Below are positions 10,101 through 20,377 of a DNA stretch of 64,000 nt, one piece after another (position 1 is the stretch's first letter; every line of letters begins with the position of its first letter). This DNA is from Candidatus Multivorans sp. (GTDB lineage Bacteria; Acidobacteriota; Thermoanaerobaculia; Multivoradales; Multivoraceae), in assembly GCA_965247095.1 (NCBI GenBank), contig OZ251997.1:4160001-4224000 (forward strand), given 5' to 3'. The position numbers and the translations under genes are program-made. The notes beneath the pieces are model-generated. The model did no database searches. It was not told the DNA's origin and saw only the letters and a list, made by a program, of their open reading frames with translations.

Positions 10101-11702
10101 CTACGACTCGTCAGCAGCCTTCGTTGCCAGCGACGCCCCCGCGCCTCGCCGCGCCGCCTGCACCGCCGCCGCGAACAGCCCCATCGCGATGCCGAAGGCC
10201 ACCAGACCGCCAAGCTGCACCCAGCCCAGGGCGTTGGTGGGCGTGGCGATCGCCAGGAGTTCGGCGGCGAAACCGAATGATTCGGCCGCTTCGGTGCGGA
10301 TCGCCTTCAGGCCCGCGAGCCCGGTCAGCAGCAGGCCGCCGCCGACTGCGCTGAGAATCCCGAAGGTTGCTCCGCTGGCGGCAAGCTGTCCGGTGGACTT
10401 CGGCGGCAGCGGTTTCTGGCGCCGCACGTCGAAGACCGGTTCCCGCTCGCGCGGCCTGACGAAACGCGAGAGCATGTACAGGCCGGGGAGGCCGAGCGGC
10501 ATCGTCATGAGGAAGAAGGTCGACCATCCCACGGCGTCGACCGTGATTCCGGCCACTGGCCCTGAGAAGATGCGGCCGAAGCCGAAGAGAGTCGAGAACA
10601 GGGCGTACTGCGTTGCCGAGAAGCGCTTCTGGGTCATCCGCAGGAGCAGCACCGAGAACGCCCCCGTGCCCAGTCCCTGACAGAGGCTCTCGAAGCCCAT
10701 CGCGCCATAGAGCAGCAGCGAGTGCTTCGGCACGTTGGCAAGTACCACGTAGCCGAGGTTCGAAAAGATCTGTAGCGAGCCGAAGACCCACAAGGATCTG
10801 CCGAGGCCGAGCGAGTTGGTGGCCAGTCCGCCGAGGATCGCGCCGCCGATGGTCGCGGTCAGACCGATCGCGCCGAGCCACACGCCGCGATCGGTGGCGG
10901 AGTAGCCCATGTCGACCAGAAACGGACGCAGAAGTGCTCCCGCCATGTTGTCGGCGGCCTTGAAGAGGATGACGAAGGCGAGGATCTCGACCGCACGGTG
11001 GCGGGAGAGGAAGCCGAGAAAGGGCAGCCAGACAGCTTCCCGCAGGGTACTGGGAGTAGGTGGCAGGTTGGTTGGCTCGGGCGCCCGGAAGGTCGTGATC
11101 CAGAGCATCGGCAGGTAGAGCGCGGCGAGAATCACGCAGACGACCGGCCAGGAAGCGAAGGCCGCCACCGTGATGCTGAGAGAGCCGGCAACGTACATCC
11201 CGGCACGGTAGAGGGCGATTCGCGACCCGACCGCGGCGCCTTGCTCTTCCCTTTTCAGCACGTCCACGGCGTAGGCGTCGACGGCAATGTCCTGGGAAGC
11301 CGCGGCCATCGCGATCGCGAAAGTGAAGGCCAGCACCAGCCACGGTGTGTCGGGATGGTGGCCGACTCCGGCCAGAGCCAGTGTGGCGAGCAGCAGCCCG
11401 ACCTGGGCTATTGCCGCCCAACCGCGACGGCGCCCGAGGAACGGTGGCGGGTAGCGATCCATCAGCGGCGCCCAGATGACGTTGAACAACCACGGCGCCT
11501 GCGCGAGCGTGAAGAGGCCGACGATGCGGATGTCGACGCCGACGCTGCGCATCCAGTCCGGAATCGCGATCCAGACCAGCCCCAGGGGCATACCGGAGGA
11601 GAACGACATGAGGACGACGGACCTGGTCCGCCAGGCTGAGAAGGCGCGGACCAGGCTCTTCCACATGCCTACCCGCTCGGGCGCCTGCTGCTCCTCGGCC
11701 AT
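10101..11702 (-). CDS. ampG: AmpG-family muropeptide MFS transporter
   Basis: FSSGMP, WAPLMDRY..PFLGRRRGW, ASQDIAVDAY, FSATQYALFS; multiple TM helices. Confidence 0.9.
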   Translation of the reverse strand: MAEEQQAPERVGMWKSLVRAFSAWRTRSVVLMSFSSGMPLGLVWIAIPDWMRSVGVDIRIVGLFTLAQAPWLFNVIWAPLMDRYPPPFLGRRRGWAAIAQVGLLLATLALAGVGHHPDTPWLVLAFTFAIAMAAASQDIAVDAYAVDVLKREEQGAAVGSRIALYRAGMYVAGSLSITVAAFASWPVVCVILAALYLPMLWITTFRAPEPTNLPPTPSTLREAVWLPFLGFLSRHRAVEILAFVILFKAADNMAGALLRPFLVDMGYSATDRGVWLGAIGLTATIGGAILGGLATNSLGLGRSLWVFGSLQIFSNLGYVVLANVPKHSLLLYGAMGFESLCQGLGTGAFSVLLLRMTQKRFSATQYALFSTLFGFGRIFSGPVAGITVDAVGWSTFFLMTMPLGLPGLYMLSRFVRPREREPVFDVRRQKPLPPKSTGQLAASGATFGILSAVGGGLLLTGLAGLKAIRTEAAESFGFAAELLAIATPTNALGWVQLGGLVAFGIAMGLFAAAVQAARRGAGASLATKAADES

Positions 11703-11808
11703 TGAGGTTCATCCTATGCGCGGCCGGCTATAGACTTGGAACATCCACCTGGTCGCAGCCGTATTCGAGTCAGACGCCTAGCTCGCGATTCCGAGGAGGA
11801 ACCCGACA

Positions 11809-12018
11809 GTGACCACCGCCGCCAGCAAGTCCCGCCCCCTTCATCGTTCCGCGTCCGACTGCCTGATCGGCGGCGTCTGCGGCGGTCTCGCAGCCTGGCT
11901 CGGCTGGAACCCCACCGGCGTGCGCCTGCTCTTCGTCCTGGCTTCCATCCTCTCGGTGGCGTTCCCGGGGATCATCGTCTACCTCGTGCTCTGGATCGTG
12001 ATGCCCCTCGGCGACTAG
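11809..12018 (+). CDS. pspC: PspC domain protein
   Basis: LHRS..D..IGGVCGGLA.WLGW.PT.VRLLF...YLVLWIVMP. Confidence 0.9.
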   Translation: MTTAASKSRPLHRSASDCLIGGVCGGLAAWLGWNPTGVRLLFVLASILSVAFPGIIVYLVLWIVMPLGD

Positions 12019-12144
12019 CCGAGCCCGGCGCCCTGGCCCGCATCGCCAAGCGGACGCCGGTCCACGGGCCTTCTGGCCCGCATCGAGCGCGATGCCGCGA
12101 AACAGCGAGCCCGAGCGCCGCCGTTGTAGGCTGATCGTCGATCG

Positions 12145-13602
12145 ATGACGACGATGGGCGCAGCCAGTTTCCTCGACGCCCTCACCCGGCGCCTCGGTCC
12201 GGACCGCGTGCTGACCGGCTCAGCCCCAATGGCGGCCTACGCGTCGGACGCGCTGACCGCGTTCCGCGCCCGGCCCCGTGCCGTGGTTCTGGTCGAGTCC
12301 GCGGATGAAGTCGTCGACGTGGTTCGTCTCTGCGCGGCCGCCGAAGTGCCCTTCCTGGCCCGCGGCAGCGGCACCAGCCTCTCGGGCGGCTCGCTGCCGA
12401 TTCAGGACGGCGTGGTCATCGCGATGAACCGGCTGAACCGGATTCTCGAAGTGGACCCGGTACGACGGATCGCAGTGGTCGAGCCGGGGGTCGTCAACCT
12501 CACCGTCTCCGACGCCGCGGCGCCCTACGGCCTGTACTACTCACCGGATCCTTCGAGCCAGTCGGTGTGCACGATCGGCGGCAACCTGGCCTTCAACTCC
12601 GGCGGCGCGCACTGCCTGAAGTACGGCATGACGAGCAACCACGTGCTCGGTCTTGAGGTCGTACTGCCGGACGGCGAGGTGGTCGAACTCGGCGGCGACA
12701 GCCTGGAGAGCGTCGGCCCCGACCTGGTCGGTCTGTTCGTCGGCTCCGAAGGGTTGTTCGGCATCGCCACGAAGATCACCTTGCGGCTGCTGCCCAAGCC
12801 GGAGACGTTCTTCACCCTGCTGGCGGCGTACGACTCCCTGGCGGCGGCTGGCGAGGCGGTGGCCGCGGTGGTCGCGTCCGGTCTGCTGCCCGGGGCGATG
12901 GAGATCATGGACAACTTGGCGATTGAGGCAGCCGAGGCGGCGGTCGGCGCCGGCTACCCGCTCGACGCCGAGGGGCTCCTGATCGTCGAACTCGAAGGCG
13001 AGAAGCAGCAGGTCGCCGCCGAGAGCGAACTGCTGCTGGAAGTCGTCCGGCGATCGAAGCCCTACTTCGAACACATCGCCAGCGACCCGGACGACCGGAT
13101 GCGGATCTGGAAGGGTCGCAAGAGCGCCTTCTCGGCGGTCGGGAGACTGAGCCCGGACTACATCGTCTGTGACGGCGTCGTGCCGCGCTCACGCCTGGGT
13201 GAGGCCCTGACGGAGATCCAGCGGCTCGGCAAGCAGCACGGTCTGCGGGTGGCGAACGTGTTCCATGCCGGCGACGGCAACCTGCATCCGCTGATCCTCT
13301 TCGAAGGCCGGGTCGAGGGCGATCTGGAGCGGGCCGAGCAACTGGCCGGGGAGATCCTGCGGTTGTGCATCGGTCTCGGCGGCTCGATCACCGGCGAGCA
13401 CGGCGTCGGGATGGAGAAGCGGCAGTACCTGGGCGAGATGTTCGAAAAGAGCGACCTGGACGCGATGCGCCGCATCCGATCCGCCATCGACCCCGGCGAA
13501 CTCGCCAACCGGGGCAAGATGTTCCCGGACGGGGAGGCGCCGGCGCTGCTCAGCCACGGTCCGCACCCGCTGGAAGTGGCGGGAGTCATCTCGCGCGAAT
13601 GA
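12145..13602 (+). CDS. glcD: Glycolate oxidase FAD subunit GlcD
   Basis: [57 protein letters not shown]. Confidence 0.9.
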   Translation: MTTMGAASFLDALTRRLGPDRVLTGSAPMAAYASDALTAFRARPRAVVLVESADEVVDVVRLCAAAEVPFLARGSGTSLSGGSLPIQDGVVIAMNRLNRILEVDPVRRIAVVEPGVVNLTVSDAAAPYGLYYSPDPSSQSVCTIGGNLAFNSGGAHCLKYGMTSNHVLGLEVVLPDGEVVELGGDSLESVGPDLVGLFVGSEGLFGIATKITLRLLPKPETFFTLLAAYDSLAAAGEAVAAVVASGLLPGAMEIMDNLAIEAAEAAVGAGYPLDAEGLLIVELEGEKQQVAAESELLLEVVRRSKPYFEHIASDPDDRMRIWKGRKSAFSAVGRLSPDYIVCDGVVPRSRLGEALTEIQRLGKQHGLRVANVFHAGDGNLHPLILFEGRVEGDLERAEQLAGEILRLCIGLGGSITGEHGVGMEKRQYLGEMFEKSDLDAMRRIRSAIDPGELANRGKMFPDGEAPALLSHGPHPLEVAGVISRE

Positions 13603-14762
13603 CGGGCGTGCTCAGTCGGCCGGGTTCGCCGGCCGAGGTCGCCGAGGCCGTGCGCGGAGCGGAACGGGTCGTGCCGCGGGGCGGGGGCACGAAGCCGTCT
13701 CTGTGGGCGGTGGACGGCGCCGAGGTTCTCGATCTGTCGTCGCTCAGCGGCATCACCGAATACCTGCCCAGCGAGTACACAGTGACCGCGCTGGCCGGCA
13801 CGCCCCTGGCAGAGGTCATCGAGCGGCTGGCCGCGGAGGGCCAGTACCTGCCGTTCGACCCGCTGCTCGTCGACGCGGGCAGCACCGTCGGCGGCGCCGT
13901 CGCCGCGGGCGCCAACGGTCCCGGCCGGCTGCGCTACGGCGGCCTGCGTGACTTCCTGCTCGCGGTGACCTTCGTCGACGGCCGCGGCGAGATCGTCCAT
14001 GGGGGCGCCAAGGTGGTCAAGAACGCGGCCGGTTTCGATCTTCCGAAGCTCATGGTCGGCAGCCTGGGTCGTCTGGGCGTCCTCACCGAATGCACCTTCA
14101 AGGTCTTCCCGCATCCCGAGAGCTGCGCCACGCTGCGTGTTGTCGGCATGGCCCTCGACGAGGCCCTCGCTGCCGCCGGCCGCGTCGGCGCCGGCGCGGT
14201 CGAGCTCGAGTGCCTCGACCTCGTCCACGGCCTCGCCGGCTGGGACCTGGAGATCCGCATCGGCGGGCGCAGCTTCGCGCTCGACGCGCGCCTGAACCGG
14301 GTCGCCGACCTCCTCGACAGCGCCCTATCGACCCCTGGGAACGCGGGCGTCTCGCCCGCATCCGGCCGGAAGGCCCTCTCAGGCGACGCTGACGCACATC
14401 ACTGGCGAGCCCGGGGCGAACTCCACTGGGCCGCTCCCGACGCCGCCATCCTCAAGTGCCCGTTGACGCCTGCCGCCGTCGCCGCGCTCGAGAAGATCCT
14501 GGCCGACCTCGACGCTGACCGCATCGCCAGGGTCTACAGCGCCGGCGCCCAGCAGGCGCTCCTCGCCTGGCCCGCGGAGCGCAGCGCCGACCTGCCTGAC
14601 CTCGACCGTGCCCTGACCGAGTCGAAACTCGCCGCCCTGGCCCTGCGCGCTCCGGCCGGCGCCCTGGCCGAGCCCATCCTCGGCTACCGCTCCGGCGGAG
14701 AACTCCTACGCCGGGTCGAGCAGGCCCTCGACCCGGACGGCCGGTTTGGCCGGCTGGGGTGA
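13599..14762 (+). CDS. glcE: Glycolate oxidase subunit GlcE (FAD-binding)
   Basis: ATGA overlap with glcD; [38 protein letters not shown]. Confidence 0.88.
   Translation: MTGVLSRPGSPAEVAEAVRGAERVVPRGGGTKPSLWAVDGAEVLDLSSLSGITEYLPSEYTVTALAGTPLAEVIERLAAEGQYLPFDPLLVDAGSTVGGAVAAGANGPGRLRYGGLRDFLLAVTFVDGRGEIVHGGAKVVKNAAGFDLPKLMVGSLGRLGVLTECTFKVFPHPESCATLRVVGMALDEALAAAGRVGAGAVELECLDLVHGLAGWDLEIRIGGRSFALDARLNRVADLLDSALSTPGNAGVSPASGRKALSGDADAHHWRARGELHWAAPDAAILKCPLTPAAVAALEKILADLDADRIARVYSAGAQQALLAWPAERSADLPDLDRALTESKLAALALRAPAGALAEPILGYRSGGELLRRVEQALDPDGRFGRLG
14334..14365 (+). repeat. REP-like palindrome copy, inside glcE
   Basis: CCTGGGAACGCGGGCGTCTCGCCCGCATCCGG, identical to 48997-49028; core hairpin GCGGGC-GTCTC-GCCCGC. 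Confidence 0.8.
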
Positions 14763-14886
14763 TTGGCACCCGGCGTCAAAGGAAGTTGTCGCCCTTGGCG
14801 CCGTGGATGTGCCGGCTGTTAACGTTCCTGTCAAGCGTCGGGTGGCGGGCACCATCTGGCCGGACTTCTCGAAGTGAATACGAAGA

Positions 14887-15174
14887 ATGGACGTGAAGCA
14901 AGCGGTACAGAGCGCCAAGGAGTACCTTGGCGACCTCTTTTCGGGCGAGACCATCACCCATGTGGGGCTTGAAGAAGTCGTCTTCGACGACACGTCGAAC
15001 TGCTGGAAGATCACGGTCGGATTCTTCCGGCCATGGGACCGAAACGGCGAGGAACCTCTGTTGTCGCAGCTCCGGGACCGAAATGTCAGGCGCACCTACA
15101 AGATCGTCCAGATCGACGACGCCAGTGGTCAGGCGCTGTCTCTGACGAATCGACACCCCGTCACTGGCGACTGA
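14887..15174 (+). CDS. Hypothetical protein, probable partner of the downstream PIN protein
   Basis: Compact 95-aa ORF ending 4 bp upstream of the PIN gene. Confidence 0.7.
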   Translation: MDVKQAVQSAKEYLGDLFSGETITHVGLEEVVFDDTSNCWKITVGFFRPWDRNGEEPLLSQLRDRNVRRTYKIVQIDDASGQALSLTNRHPVTGD

Positions 15175-15178
15175 AATC

Positions 15179-15643
15179 GTGGCGGCGACGGCCTTTTTCG
15201 TCGATGCCAACCTTCTCGTGCTGTTTGTCGCGGGAGTCGTGGATCGCGGGCTGATCGGAAGACACCGCCGGCTGCGGAGGTTCTCGGCGGCTGACTACGA
15301 GACCTTGGTCGACTTGATCGCACAGGTCGACCGGGTTCTGGTGACGCCGAACACGCTCACCGAAGCGTCCAATCTGCTCGGACAGCATCGAGAGCCCGAG
15401 CGCTCGCAGCTTCTCGACGGTCTCCGCTACGTCATCGAGGAGTGTCGGGAGATTGTCGTCGCGAGCACTGAAGCAGCGCCCAGCCGTGTTTTCCGTCGCT
15501 TGGGACTCACCGATGCCGCGTTGTTCGAGGTCGCTACCGGCGAGAGACCTCTGGTGACTGTCGACCTCGATCTGTACTTGGCCGCCTCTTCGAGAGACGT
15601 TGGTGCGGCACTGAACTTCACGTATCTGCGGGAGTTCGGGTGA
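15179..15643 (+). CDS. PIN domain ribonuclease
   Basis: FVDANLL, TPNTLTEASN, LGLTDAAL, LVTVDLDL acidic PIN motifs. Confidence 0.85.
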   Translation: MAATAFFVDANLLVLFVAGVVDRGLIGRHRRLRRFSAADYETLVDLIAQVDRVLVTPNTLTEASNLLGQHREPERSQLLDGLRYVIEECREIVVASTEAAPSRVFRRLGLTDAALFEVATGERPLVTVDLDLYLAASSRDVGAALNFTYLREFG

Positions 15644-15987
15644 TTCGGTCTGTTCGCAGACTCTCCTTCATCAGTTCCTCCCAGCCCAGCGGTGGCCCAA
15701 GGGGCCTCTCCGGGCACCTTGCGATCGGAGCCTCTTGGCCATGTTGGCGCCTTGCTCGCCGTGGCCCTCGGCGGGGTCCTTCCCGGCAGAATCTCGACCT
15801 AGGAGGCTTGGCTCAGGGTCATCAGATTGTCCCCGTAGCGATCTGAGAGAGCCGCAGTACGGGGTCTCCGGTGGACTACGAGAGCGGATACACCGTAGCC
15901 GTGCGTGCTTGAACTTGCGCATGCGGTCGTTATCGTGTAGGTTTCTTGGCCTACACGATAAACGTGCGACCTCTATCGGAGGCTGGT

Positions 15988-16647
15988 ATGGCGATACGGG
16001 AGTACATCATGGACGTGCTTGAGCAGGCCGAGGACCGGCTCGCCGTACGGCTGAAGAAGGCAGTGGAGGACCGCCAATACGCCGCCGTGGCTGAGCTCGC
16101 CTCCGTTTCGCAGCGGGTTCGAGACTTGATTCAGTCGGTGGGCATCGCGGAGCGAAGCCACGATCGGCAGGAGGTGGGGCTTTCTGGACATGCGGCGCCG
16201 GATGCCCGCCGGAGAGCGAACGCTCGCGCCTCAACCGGTCCATCGCTGAGTGGTCGCGAGCGAAGGACGAGCAAACAGTACCCGAGGTTCGTTCGCTCCG
16301 AGGATCGTTTGGTGAAGGTTGGATGGTCAAAGAGGGACAGCGCGGAGTACGAACATCGGGCCTCGGAGGTCTCCGTGCGCGCCGTAGTAGCGGCGCTTCG
16401 TGACTTGGGGTCGCGCGAGTTCTCCATGGACCAGTTGATGCCCGTTGACGATGGGAATGGAGCGGAAGTCCCCTCCTATCAGGTCTACTTGATCGTGGCG
16501 TGGCTGCGAGCCCTTGGCGCGGTGCGAAGGGAAGGCCGGGGAGGCTATGTGGCCCTTCCAGACTGCCTGATTGCTACCGCCATGGAGAAACACTGGGGCT
16601 CGCTGGAAGGGGATGCAAGCCGGAAGGGAGAAACCAGCAATGGGTGA
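15988..16647 (+). CDS. Hypothetical protein (possible C-terminal winged-helix-like domain)
   Basis: GGAGG RBS before the ATG; stop overlaps the start of the next gene; C-terminal SYQVYLIVAWLR..G.VRREGRGGY pattern (fold is an inference). Confidence 0.7.
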   Translation: MAIREYIMDVLEQAEDRLAVRLKKAVEDRQYAAVAELASVSQRVRDLIQSVGIAERSHDRQEVGLSGHAAPDARRRANARASTGPSLSGRERRTSKQYPRFVRSEDRLVKVGWSKRDSAEYEHRASEVSVRAVVAALRDLGSREFSMDQLMPVDDGNGAEVPSYQVYLIVAWLRALGAVRREGRGGYVALPDCLIATAMEKHWGSLEGDASRKGETSNG

Positions 16648-19159
16648 CGCGAGGAATCGGGAGTTGGCGCTCAGGCTCCTCCGCGCTGACTCAGAGGCGG
16701 AGGTGGTGAGAATCCTCAGGCAGCAAGGCCTGTGGCACGACGCCAAGTGCTGGCGTCTCTATGGGGACCGTGACGGGAACTTCTCGGTGATCGGGAATCA
16801 GCAGAGCCGCCCTGAGGCAGCTCTCGTCGAGAAGATCGTCAACTCGGTTGACGCCCGGCTAATGAAGGAGTGCCTCGCACGTGGCATCGATCCGACTTCG
16901 GCGGACGCTCCCCAGTCGGTGCGCGAAGCGGTCGCGAGTTTCATCGACGGCGTCGAACCAGGGAGCGAAACGGCCGGCGAGGTTCGATTCTGGCCTCGCC
17001 AGAGGCAATTGGAGCAAGCCCGTCAGATTACTCTCGCCGTGACTGGCTCGAGGCCACGCCAGGCCGGGGGGGCGTCGATAACGGTCGTCGACCTCGGAGA
17101 GGGTCAGTATCCGGAGAAGATGCCGGAGACATTCCTCTCGATCGATCGCGAGAACAAGCTGCGCATCCCGTTCGTGCAGGGCAAGTTCAACATGGGCGGC
17201 ACCGGTGCACTCAAGTTCTGTGGGCGTAGCGGGCTGCAGTTGGTCATCACCCGGCGATGTCCAGAGATCGTCGAGGCGGATGGCGGAGCGGAGTCGCGTT
17301 GGGGATTCACTGTCGTCCAAAGAGAACGGCCGGTTGAGGGCGCAGGAGAAATCCGTAACTCGGTCTATCGCTACCTTGCCCCCGCTGGAGCTGACGAGAA
17401 GCCCGGGCTTGGTGCTGTCCTACAGTTCTCTGCGGCGAGTATCGAAGCCCTTCCAGAGAAGAACAAGGCGTACGTCCGGAACCTCTCTTGGGGATCAGTC
17501 CTGAAGCTCTACGAGTACGACATGAAGGGTTTTAGTAGCCATGCTCTGATGAAGGGCGGGCTCTTGGGCCGCCTCGAGCTGATGCTGCCAGGGATAGCGC
17601 TCCCGGTACGAGTCCACGAGTGCCGCCCGTTCGGGGGTGATCCGAGAAGGAGTTTCGAGACGACATTACTCGGCCTCTCGGCACGTCTGGAAGCCAACCG
17701 TGCCAAGAACCTAGAGGAGGGCTTCCCAACGTCAGCGCTGATACAGCTTGCCGACCAGGACCTCCCTGTCGAGATCTACGCGTTCAAGCCCAAGAAGGCG
17801 GACGCGTACCGCTCGACTGAGGGAATCGTGTTCACAATCAACGGCCAGACTCATGGGGCGATTTCGAAGGCCTTCTTCTCCCGTAGGAGGGTGAAGATGG
17901 GGCGGCTTGCGGACTCTCTATTGTTAATGGTCGACTGCTCAAGGCTGTCCGTGGATGCGCGAGAAGACCTGTTCATGAACAGCCGTGATCGGCTAAGCAA
18001 CGGAGAGCTTCGAAAGGAGATCGAGGGTGAGATGGAGGAACTCGTCGGTCGCCATCACGGTCTCAGGGCGCTACGCGACCGTCGCAGGGCGGCGGAGATC
18101 GCGCAGAGACTCGAAGACTCGAAGCCGCTGGAGGACGTACTCGATACGCTCTTCCGGGCATCTCCTACCCTCAACCGGCTGTTCCTCCAGGGCCAACGAC
18201 TCAGCCGACCGCATCGGGCCGGCACGAACGGAGGAACCAATGACGGGACTGGTCAGCCCGGGAAGTTCGTGGGAAAGCCCCACCCCACGTACTTTCGGTT
18301 CGCGAAGAAGCCCGAAGCCGACTTGCTTCGGCGTTCGGCAGAGAAGGGTCGGAGATGTCGGATCAAGTTTGAAACGGACGTCGTGAACGACTACTTCAAG
18401 AGACCCTCAGTTCCGGGCCGCTACTTCGTTGAGGTCGTTGGAGGGCCAGTGGAAGGCCGCGACGTGGCACACAGTCTCGTCCTGCACGATGGAGTGGCCA
18501 ACTGGAGTATCCGTCTTCCGAAGGACCTGGACGTTGGTGATGAAGTGACGCTGCAGTGCACGGTCGCGGACGACTCTCTGATTGATCCCTTCGTGAACGT
18601 GGTCGAGATCTCCATCGTGCCGCAGGGACAAAGAGAGTCAGGGAAGAGGAGTAGGCGCGAGCGCCGACTGGACTTGGGCGATTCGAGCGATGGAAGCGGC
18701 CAGGGCGGGAAGGGAAGTGACAACGAGGCAGGAATCCGGCTTCCGCACATCGAGGAACTGAGAGAGAAGGACCCGAGATGGAGCGAGAGGGGGTTCGACT
18801 GCTACACCGGATGCGAGGTCGTGGATGACTCAGACGTCGAGAAGGCGGCTAACGGGAGAGACCTGACCTTCTACGTGAACGTGTCGAACAGAGCGTTAGA
18901 GACGGACCTGAAGGACAGTCGCGAGGACGCGAGGGTCGTCGAGGCGAAGTTCGTGTACGCGAATGTGCTCGTAGGTCTCGGACTTCTGAATGACCCTCTA
19001 CAGGCGGGAGAGGAGGCGTCCGATTCCATGGAGACGCCTGAGATGCGCGTTGCCTCTACGACAAGGGCTCTGGCGCCTTTTCTTCTTCCCATGATCGAGT
19101 TCCTCGGATCGCTGGGTCCTGAGGACGTCTCGGCAGGGAGCGTCGGCGACGAGGATTAG
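16640..19159 (+). CDS. Large GHKL (MORC/MutL/HSP90-like) ATPase domain protein
   Basis: GHKL boxes: EKIVNSVDA (N box), VVDLGEGQ (G1), GKFNMGGTG (G2), WGSVL (G3-like); long uncharacterised C-terminal half. Confidence 0.8.
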   Translation: MGDARNRELALRLLRADSEAEVVRILRQQGLWHDAKCWRLYGDRDGNFSVIGNQQSRPEAALVEKIVNSVDARLMKECLARGIDPTSADAPQSVREAVASFIDGVEPGSETAGEVRFWPRQRQLEQARQITLAVTGSRPRQAGGASITVVDLGEGQYPEKMPETFLSIDRENKLRIPFVQGKFNMGGTGALKFCGRSGLQLVITRRCPEIVEADGGAESRWGFTVVQRERPVEGAGEIRNSVYRYLAPAGADEKPGLGAVLQFSAASIEALPEKNKAYVRNLSWGSVLKLYEYDMKGFSSHALMKGGLLGRLELMLPGIALPVRVHECRPFGGDPRRSFETTLLGLSARLEANRAKNLEEGFPTSALIQLADQDLPVEIYAFKPKKADAYRSTEGIVFTINGQTHGAISKAFFSRRRVKMGRLADSLLLMVDCSRLSVDAREDLFMNSRDRLSNGELRKEIEGEMEELVGRHHGLRALRDRRRAAEIAQRLEDSKPLEDVLDTLFRASPTLNRLFLQGQRLSRPHRAGTNGGTNDGTGQPGKFVGKPHPTYFRFAKKPEADLLRRSAEKGRRCRIKFETDVVNDYFKRPSVPGRYFVEVVGGPVEGRDVAHSLVLHDGVANWSIRLPKDLDVGDEVTLQCTVADDSLIDPFVNVVEISIVPQGQRESGKRSRRERRLDLGDSSDGSGQGGKGSDNEAGIRLPHIEELREKDPRWSERGFDCYTGCEVVDDSDVEKAANGRDLTFYVNVSNRALETDLKDSREDARVVEAKFVYANVLVGLGLLNDPLQAGEEASDSMETPEMRVASTTRALAPFLLPMIEFLGSLGPEDVSAGSVGDED

Positions 19160-20311
19160 TTAGCCCGCTCTATGTAACAGAACGACTTCTCGTGCGGCTG
19201 GTGCCGTAGAGCGCTGTGAAGCGTGCCATCGGCGCCTGGGTACGTCGCGCCAGATTCGGCCAGCTTTGGGCAGTGGTGCTTCGACGAAGCCGGCAGTTCG
19301 GAGGGTCTCAAGGTAGAGCCCCAAATGCAAGTCTGGCTTTGAGAAACCGACGACCTGGACGAGTCTGGCGCGGTCGCGCATGACTCGACGTATGGCTGAC
19401 ATTCTCTCGCCGAGCAAGTTGAAGTAGTTCCGGCTTTGCCGGCCTCCTAGCGTGTAGTACGACTCTCCACGCCCATCGTTGGCCGCCGCGATCCAGAAAG
19501 GGACTGAAGTCTCTTTGCCGCCTCCCGTTTGCCAGCGATGATAGAGAACGTGGACTCCGGGGTATGGAGGGCTGGTCACGACGAGATCGGCCCGGATTCC
19601 ATCCTCAAAAGGTTCCACCGCGCCGATGTCGAGTGCGTCCGACGTGACGAGGCGCGGTTTGTTGGCGCCATTGGTTTCCGCTTTCTTCCAGAATGACGCG
19701 AGGTCCTTCAACATCGCGTGGATGACGGTGTGCAGCCGTTCGCGGAAGGCGACCGTTCTCGCAACTTCTCGGCGCCCATCTATTGCCCACTGCGCTGCGT
19801 TCAAGATAGCCCCACGTGCGACTCGCTCCACCGTCGGGTCGTCGTCGTCTGGGATGCTGGTAAGAGCGACGCCGATGAGCTTGCGGATGGCCCGGCAAGC
19901 AGGTCCAGTGAGGTTCCGGGAGGTCTCCGGCGAAGGTTGGTTCGCCTCGTCAATCGCGTGGTGGTAGCGAATCCTCCTGACGGTGTCCTCGGCCCAGGTG
20001 TTCAACACACTTTCCGCGCGCTGCGAGACTCGGGATGTCTTTAGTCTGGCGAGGAAAATCGCAAGCTCACTGATGTCCAGACCAACCGCACTTCGACCCA
20101 TCGCGATCGCTTCGACTGCGGTCGTACCGCCGCCGCAGAACGGATCCAGCACCAACTGCCCCGGTCCGGAGAAGTGGTCAATGGCGGCTTTCGCAAGCTG
20201 AGGAGAGAAACGACCGGGGTAGCGGTAGAACCAGTGAGTCAGACCAGCTATGGGATTTGGATCCAGAGCTGCTCTACGAAGGGCCTTGAACTCAGTGTGA
20301 AGATGAGACAC
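19160..20311 (-). CDS. DNA amino-methyltransferase (probably N4-cytosine)
   Basis: TH..YRYPGRF, LDPFCGGGTT (motif I), DLVVTSPPY (motif IV, SPPY). Confidence 0.88.
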   Translation of the reverse strand: MSHLHTEFKALRRAALDPNPIAGLTHWFYRYPGRFSPQLAKAAIDHFSGPGQLVLDPFCGGGTTAVEAIAMGRSAVGLDISELAIFLARLKTSRVSQRAESVLNTWAEDTVRRIRYHHAIDEANQPSPETSRNLTGPACRAIRKLIGVALTSIPDDDDPTVERVARGAILNAAQWAIDGRREVARTVAFRERLHTVIHAMLKDLASFWKKAETNGANKPRLVTSDALDIGAVEPFEDGIRADLVVTSPPYPGVHVLYHRWQTGGGKETSVPFWIAAANDGRGESYYTLGGRQSRNYFNLLGERMSAIRRVMRDRARLVQVVGFSKPDLHLGLYLETLRTAGFVEAPLPKAGRIWRDVPRRRWHASQRSTAPAAREVVLLHRAG

Positions 20312-20377
20312 GGCAGTTGCCCTCGTGAGTGGTCGAGGCTGGTGAGTAGCTCAGCGGTCCCAAAGCGGCGACTCGCC

